The translations under genes were made by a program, and so were the position numbers. The notes under the pieces were generated by a model that saw nothing but the letters and a program-made list of their open reading frames with translations, was not told the origin of the DNA and searched no databases. A DNA stretch of 36,145 nucleotides from Bacteroidota bacterium (GTDB lineage: Bacteria; Bacteroidota; Bacteroidia; 2-12-FULL-35-15), in assembly GCA_023251855.1 (NCBI GenBank), contig JAHEYA010000001.1:1-36145 (forward strand). Direction: 5' to 3'. Shown piece after piece: positions 33,140 to 36,145 of the stretch; position 1 is the stretch's first letter, and the number at the start of each line of letters is the position of its first letter.

Positions 33140-35148
33140 CAGACGAAATTAAATAACGTTCCTAAAAATACCAAGATAAAAAAAAACACTCCATACAATA
33201 CATACATCTGTATTTTACCATTCTGAATGAATTGAAAATAGTTCAGACTAAACAACAAACGGTTTGTGAAACGATAAATAATATTGTTTTCAAAAAAATC
33301 AATATAATGAGATGTATGACTTCTTGTTTGCGGAAAGATTTCATGAGGTGCAAGTTCGGTATATTTTTTCTTCTCCGTTACAATAAACCACAGTAATTTG
33401 CCCAGTGTTTTTGAAAAAGATTTACCCGTGAACTGCATCTTGCTGTAAGGCGCAACATAACCGCAGCCCCAGGTAGTATTTAGCTGAGCAACGCGATTTC
33501 GGGTAAATAAGTTCCGAATAAGAAAAACTAATATCAGCAGAATTAAAAACATCAAAGAATATTTTCCGACCTCGGCAATTAATGATATTGTTGGTACCAT
33601 TGATTGAAAGATGGAAACATCGGATCGTTGTATGGATGGAACAACCGAATTAATGATACAGAGCAGAACAGAAAAATAAAACTGCGGGAACAAACCTATG
33701 GAAAGCATAATCAGGATGATTAAAAATTGCGGTATGCGCATTATCAAAGAAACTTCGGTAGGTGTGTGATGAAATTCTTCGCGCAGGTTTCCCAAAAATA
33801 GGATTCCAAAACTTTTTGTAAATGTAAGCAACGATAACCCGCCAATGATAGCCAATCCCGACAGAGAAAGAATCATCAATACAGAATGAAACAATCCCAT
33901 TGTTTTTATTCCATTCAAGAATCCCATATAGATTAAAAATTCAGAAACAAACCCATTGAAAGGCGGCAGACCGCCAATAGCAAGCGCGCCTATAAGAAAC
34001 AACACAGCGGTTTGTGGCATCTTATGAACTAAACCGCCAAGTTTTTCCATATCGCGGGTGTGTGTTTGCTGATAAACAGAACCTGCAGAAAAAAACAAAA
34101 GCGATTTGAAAAGCGAATGATTCAGAGTATGTAACAAAGCACCGCTTAACCCGATAACGAGTAGTAAAGGATTATTCAGTCCCATCCCGATTAATGCAAG
34201 GCCAATTCCTGCTCCGATGATTCCAATATTTTCAATCGTGCAATACGCCAGCATTTTTTTTAAATCCCGGTGAACGGCAGCATTCAGGATTCCGTAAACC
34301 CCAGTTATTATCGAAAGAATCAAAAGCGATTCGCCAATCAACATCAAATCATTTTTCAGCATCAATGCTACACGGATAATTCCATAAATGCCAAGTTTGA
34401 CAATTACTCCCGACATCACTCCTGAAATATGTGAAGGAGCAGCAGGATGAGCGTGAGGAAGCCATGAGTGCAGAGGAATAAATCCCGCTTTGATTCCAAA
34501 GCCGATAAAAAATAAAAGAAACAACCAGAAGTTTGAATTGGCATTGAAAAAAATTCCAATTGAATAAAAATCACATGAACCTTCGGAGAAATACACCCAA
34601 AGAAATGCGATTGTTAAAAACACAACTCCGATGTGCATTTGCACTAAATAATTCATTCCCGCCCTGAGTGTTTGTTTGTTACTATGTTCAAATATTACAA
34701 GTAAAAAAGAGGAGAGCGACATCAGTTCCCAAGCAATGAGAAACGCCAAACTATGCTGGAGCATACAAACCCATAACATTGATGATTGAAAAATCAAAAA
34801 TAAAATCCAGTGCAGTGAAAGATTTGCTTTTTGTTCACTATAGGATTTCATATAACCAATACCGTATAGCGCACCATTAATGCAAGTCAGGTTTATTATC
34901 AGCATAAACCACGCTGATAACGCGTCTATCCGTAATGGAACATTTCCGAAAAAAGGAGGGCCTGCAATAATCATTTCAAACGGATTTCCAATGAGAACAT
35001 TTACAGCAAGAATGGAAGTAACAGAAGCAATAAACAAAACAAAAATGAAATTAATAACTGCTTTTATTTTGGAAGGGAATAGTGGAATTAAAACAATGCC
35101 CACGCTTGTTAAAATTAAAGATGAAACCACCAACTGAACACTTCCCAT
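33139..35148 (-). CDS. Antiporter-like membrane subunit, HyfB/HycC/NuoL/MrpA family (copy 1)
   Basis: 669 aa. Motifs AWELMSLSSFLLV, GFGIKAGFIPLHSWLPHAHPAAPSHISG, LNHSLFKSLLFFSAG, and TWGCGY. It is a paralog of the following gene. Confidence 0.88.
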   Translation of the reverse strand: MGSVQLVVSSLILTSVGIVLIPLFPSKIKAVINFIFVLFIASVTSILAVNVLIGNPFEMIIAGPPFFGNVPLRIDALSAWFMLIINLTCINGALYGIGYMKSYSEQKANLSLHWILFLIFQSSMLWVCMLQHSLAFLIAWELMSLSSFLLVIFEHSNKQTLRAGMNYLVQMHIGVVFLTIAFLWVYFSEGSCDFYSIGIFFNANSNFWLFLLFFIGFGIKAGFIPLHSWLPHAHPAAPSHISGVMSGVIVKLGIYGIIRVALMLKNDLMLIGESLLILSIITGVYGILNAAVHRDLKKMLAYCTIENIGIIGAGIGLALIGMGLNNPLLLVIGLSGALLHTLNHSLFKSLLFFSAGSVYQQTHTRDMEKLGGLVHKMPQTAVLFLIGALAIGGLPPFNGFVSEFLIYMGFLNGIKTMGLFHSVLMILSLSGLAIIGGLSLLTFTKSFGILFLGNLREEFHHTPTEVSLIMRIPQFLIILIMLSIGLFPQFYFSVLLCIINSVVPSIQRSDVSIFQSMVPTISLIAEVGKYSLMFLILLILVFLIRNLFTRNRVAQLNTTWGCGYVAPYSKMQFTGKSFSKTLGKLLWFIVTEKKKYTELAPHEIFPQTRSHTSHYIDFFENNIIYRFTNRLLFSLNYFQFIQNGKIQMYVLYGVFFFILVFLGTLFNFV

Positions 35149-35171
35149 AACTTTTTTATTCCCGTTATAAA

Positions 35172-35252
35172 TTATTTATTGAATTTACTTTCGGCAAAAA
35201 TAATTTCTTTCATAATTCTTTCTTTGATTTTTGACCATTGGTTTTCGGTCAT
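35172..35252 (-). CDS. Possible 26-aa small ORF (MTENQWSKIKERIMKEIIFAESKFNK) 23 nt upstream of the first antiporter-like gene
   Basis: ATG at 35250-35252 and TAA at 35172-35174. It is below the ORF-track size cutoff. There is no homology support, and a candidate -7 box (35195-35202) lies inside it. Confidence 0.12.
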   Translation of the reverse strand: MTENQWSKIKERIMKEIIFAESKFNK

Positions 35253-35262
35253 AAATTGGATG

Positions 35263-35463
35263 CTAAAATACTGTTTTATTCTTGTTTTTGTTTTCTTGTA
35301 TGTAGGATGATTTGGCTCTTTTGATTTTACCCCCTGAGGTTAGTTTTGTGGTTGGTTGGGCAAAGGCAAATGTGTCAAATGCACGACTGTTAAAGAAGTT
35401 TTCAAAAATGTGAAGTGAGTTTTTTTGTTTTTGTCTTTTGCTGGGGTTTGCGAAGTGGCGCAT
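35263..35463 (-). CDS. Possible 66-aa basic, low-complexity small protein, or else a non-coding leader of the Ehr-like operon
   Basis: The ORF begins about 10-15 nt downstream of a TATCTTTG -7 box (35481-35488). The sequence is K/N/Q-rich and I recognise no family. Confidence 0.2.
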   Translation of the reverse strand: MRHFANPSKRQKQKNSLHIFENFFNSRAFDTFAFAQPTTKLTSGGKIKRAKSSYIQENKNKNKTVF

Positions 35464-35480
35464 TAAACTGTCTCACCGCA

Positions 35481-35488
35481 CAAAGATA
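35481..35488 (-). promoter_or_regulatory. Candidate -7 box (TATCTTTG on the - strand) that could drive the Ehr-like operon through a leader of about 320 nt
   Basis: Plus strand reads CAAAGATA. The octamer is identical to the box in front of the radical SAM gene at 20998-21005. Confidence 0.3.
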
Positions 35489-35685
35489 ATTAATTGAAAC
35501 GAACTTTGATTTTATAAGGAAATCCGCATTGTACACATAAACTGTCTATGCCGGTGGTGTGTCTTGTCTTATGAAACGATTGTCGAGGTCGGTAATCATT
35601 TTAAAATGACGATCAATAACTCTGCCGATCCAATATAATTAAGCCCGCTTTAATAATATGTTAAACATCAAAAAACACAAAAAAT

Positions 35686-36090
35686 TTACTTAATATCCTT
35701 CATCCGATGTGCGAGCAAATTAAAAAAATTGCCAAGAGGCTTGACTACCATCATTTTCAACATGGGGTTTAAATCCGATTCAAAAACAATTTGCCCGGTA
35801 CAATTGTTTGCATCTTTTGTAGTGATATAAATAAACAGATGAAATTCAAATGGAACCTTGCCATTGGAGTTAATTGTGATTTTTGAAGAAGGTGTTTTTT
35901 CAATTATTTTCATTCCAATAGTTGCCATGCCATTGAGTGTAAATGAACACTCTTCGGATGTGGAGGTCCAGTTTGTAACCTGCGAAGGCATTAACTTTTC
36001 GAAGTTTTTAAAATCACTTAAATAGTTGAAAATGTTTTCTGCGGAATTGTTGATCTCAACTATTTCGCTATCAATTTTTGTTAACGACAT
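35686..36090 (-). CDS. SRPBCC-superfamily (START/polyketide-cyclase-like) ligand-binding protein
   Basis: 134 aa. The N-terminal pattern EINNSAENIFNYLSDFKNFEKLMPSQV is typical of SRPBCC proteins. Beta-rich core and C-terminal helix are inferred from the sequence pattern only. Confidence 0.55.
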   Translation of the reverse strand: MSLTKIDSEIVEINNSAENIFNYLSDFKNFEKLMPSQVTNWTSTSEECSFTLNGMATIGMKIIEKTPSSKITINSNGKVPFEFHLFIYITTKDANNCTGQIVFESDLNPMLKMMVVKPLGNFFNLLAHRMKDIK

Positions 36091-36145
36091 GTTTGTTATG
36101 AATTACTAATTTATACTAATTAAATACGCATCTATTGTTATGTTA

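Noticed and set aside
28395-35137. Numerous short ORFs overlapping the membrane-subunit genes (e.g. 28817..29026+, 29583..29835+, 30581..30913+, 31422..31664+, 32877..33152+, 34880..35137+)
   Set aside because: They are antisense or alternative frames of polytopic membrane-protein genes. Their hydrophobic or odd composition mirrors the sense-strand codons.
25861-35148. Annotating the operon as a bona fide hydrogenase-4 / formate hydrogenlyase (hyf/hyc)
   Set aside because: The gene order and membrane subunits are Hyf-like. However, the large subunit lacks all four NiFe cysteines and the small subunit lacks the GxCxxxGG and PGCPP cysteines. No hyp, fdhF or hycI-type genes are in the window.
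1-36145. Mobile element, prophage or defence island interpretation of the window
   Set aside because: I recognised no integrase, transposase, recombinase, phage structural, restriction-modification, toxin-antitoxin or cas genes. There is no tRNA attachment site and there are no long terminal repeats. The composition is uniformly AT-rich except for the collagen-like repeat.

Overview
This is an AT-rich chromosomal segment that looks like Bacteroidota. Support for that: a T9SS C-terminal sorting domain, a FISUMP-domain protein, and TAnnTTTG -7 promoter boxes in front of many genes. I saw no rRNA, tRNA, CRISPR array, transposase or integrase.

Gene content from left to right:
- Partial mnmG(-) and a FISUMP-domain secreted protein(-), followed by a 667-bp AT-rich spacer.
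- rpiB(+) and an M28 aminopeptidase(+).
- Three tandem membrane-spanning sensor phosphatases with SpoIIE/PP2C outputs(+). One has a 14-blade propeller plus Y_Y_Y sensor; the other two are TPR paralogs.
- A 1195-aa predicted outer-membrane beta-barrel protein(-).
- xth(+), an orphan family-5 solute-binding lipoprotein(+), a coiled-coil OmpA-like lipoprotein(+) and an MqnC/MqnE-type radical SAM enzyme(+).
- A long co-directional minus-strand block. Listed left to right it holds a VOC/PhnB-like protein, a collagen-like/beta-helix secreted protein, a small T9SS-tailed protein, YbjQ, a 4-TM protein, a seven-gene operon and an SRPBCC protein.

The most interesting locus is that seven-gene Hyf/complex-I-like operon (25861..35148, - strand).
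- Its three antiporter-like subunits and its NuoH- and HyfE-like subunits look intact.
- Its 'hydrogenase' large subunit has lost all four NiFe cysteine ligands.
- Its NuoB/HycG-like small subunit has lost most proximal-cluster ligands.
- That small subunit is fused to a ferredoxin remnant that keeps exactly one [4Fe-4S] site.
- This is an Ehr-type (energy-converting-hydrogenase-related) machine with no evident electron donor or acceptor.

Secondary points are the triple sensor-PP2C array with no partner-switching genes nearby, two nested-hairpin intergenic elements, a T9SS/collagen-like gene pair, and an M28 peptidase with no canonical start codon for its signal peptide.
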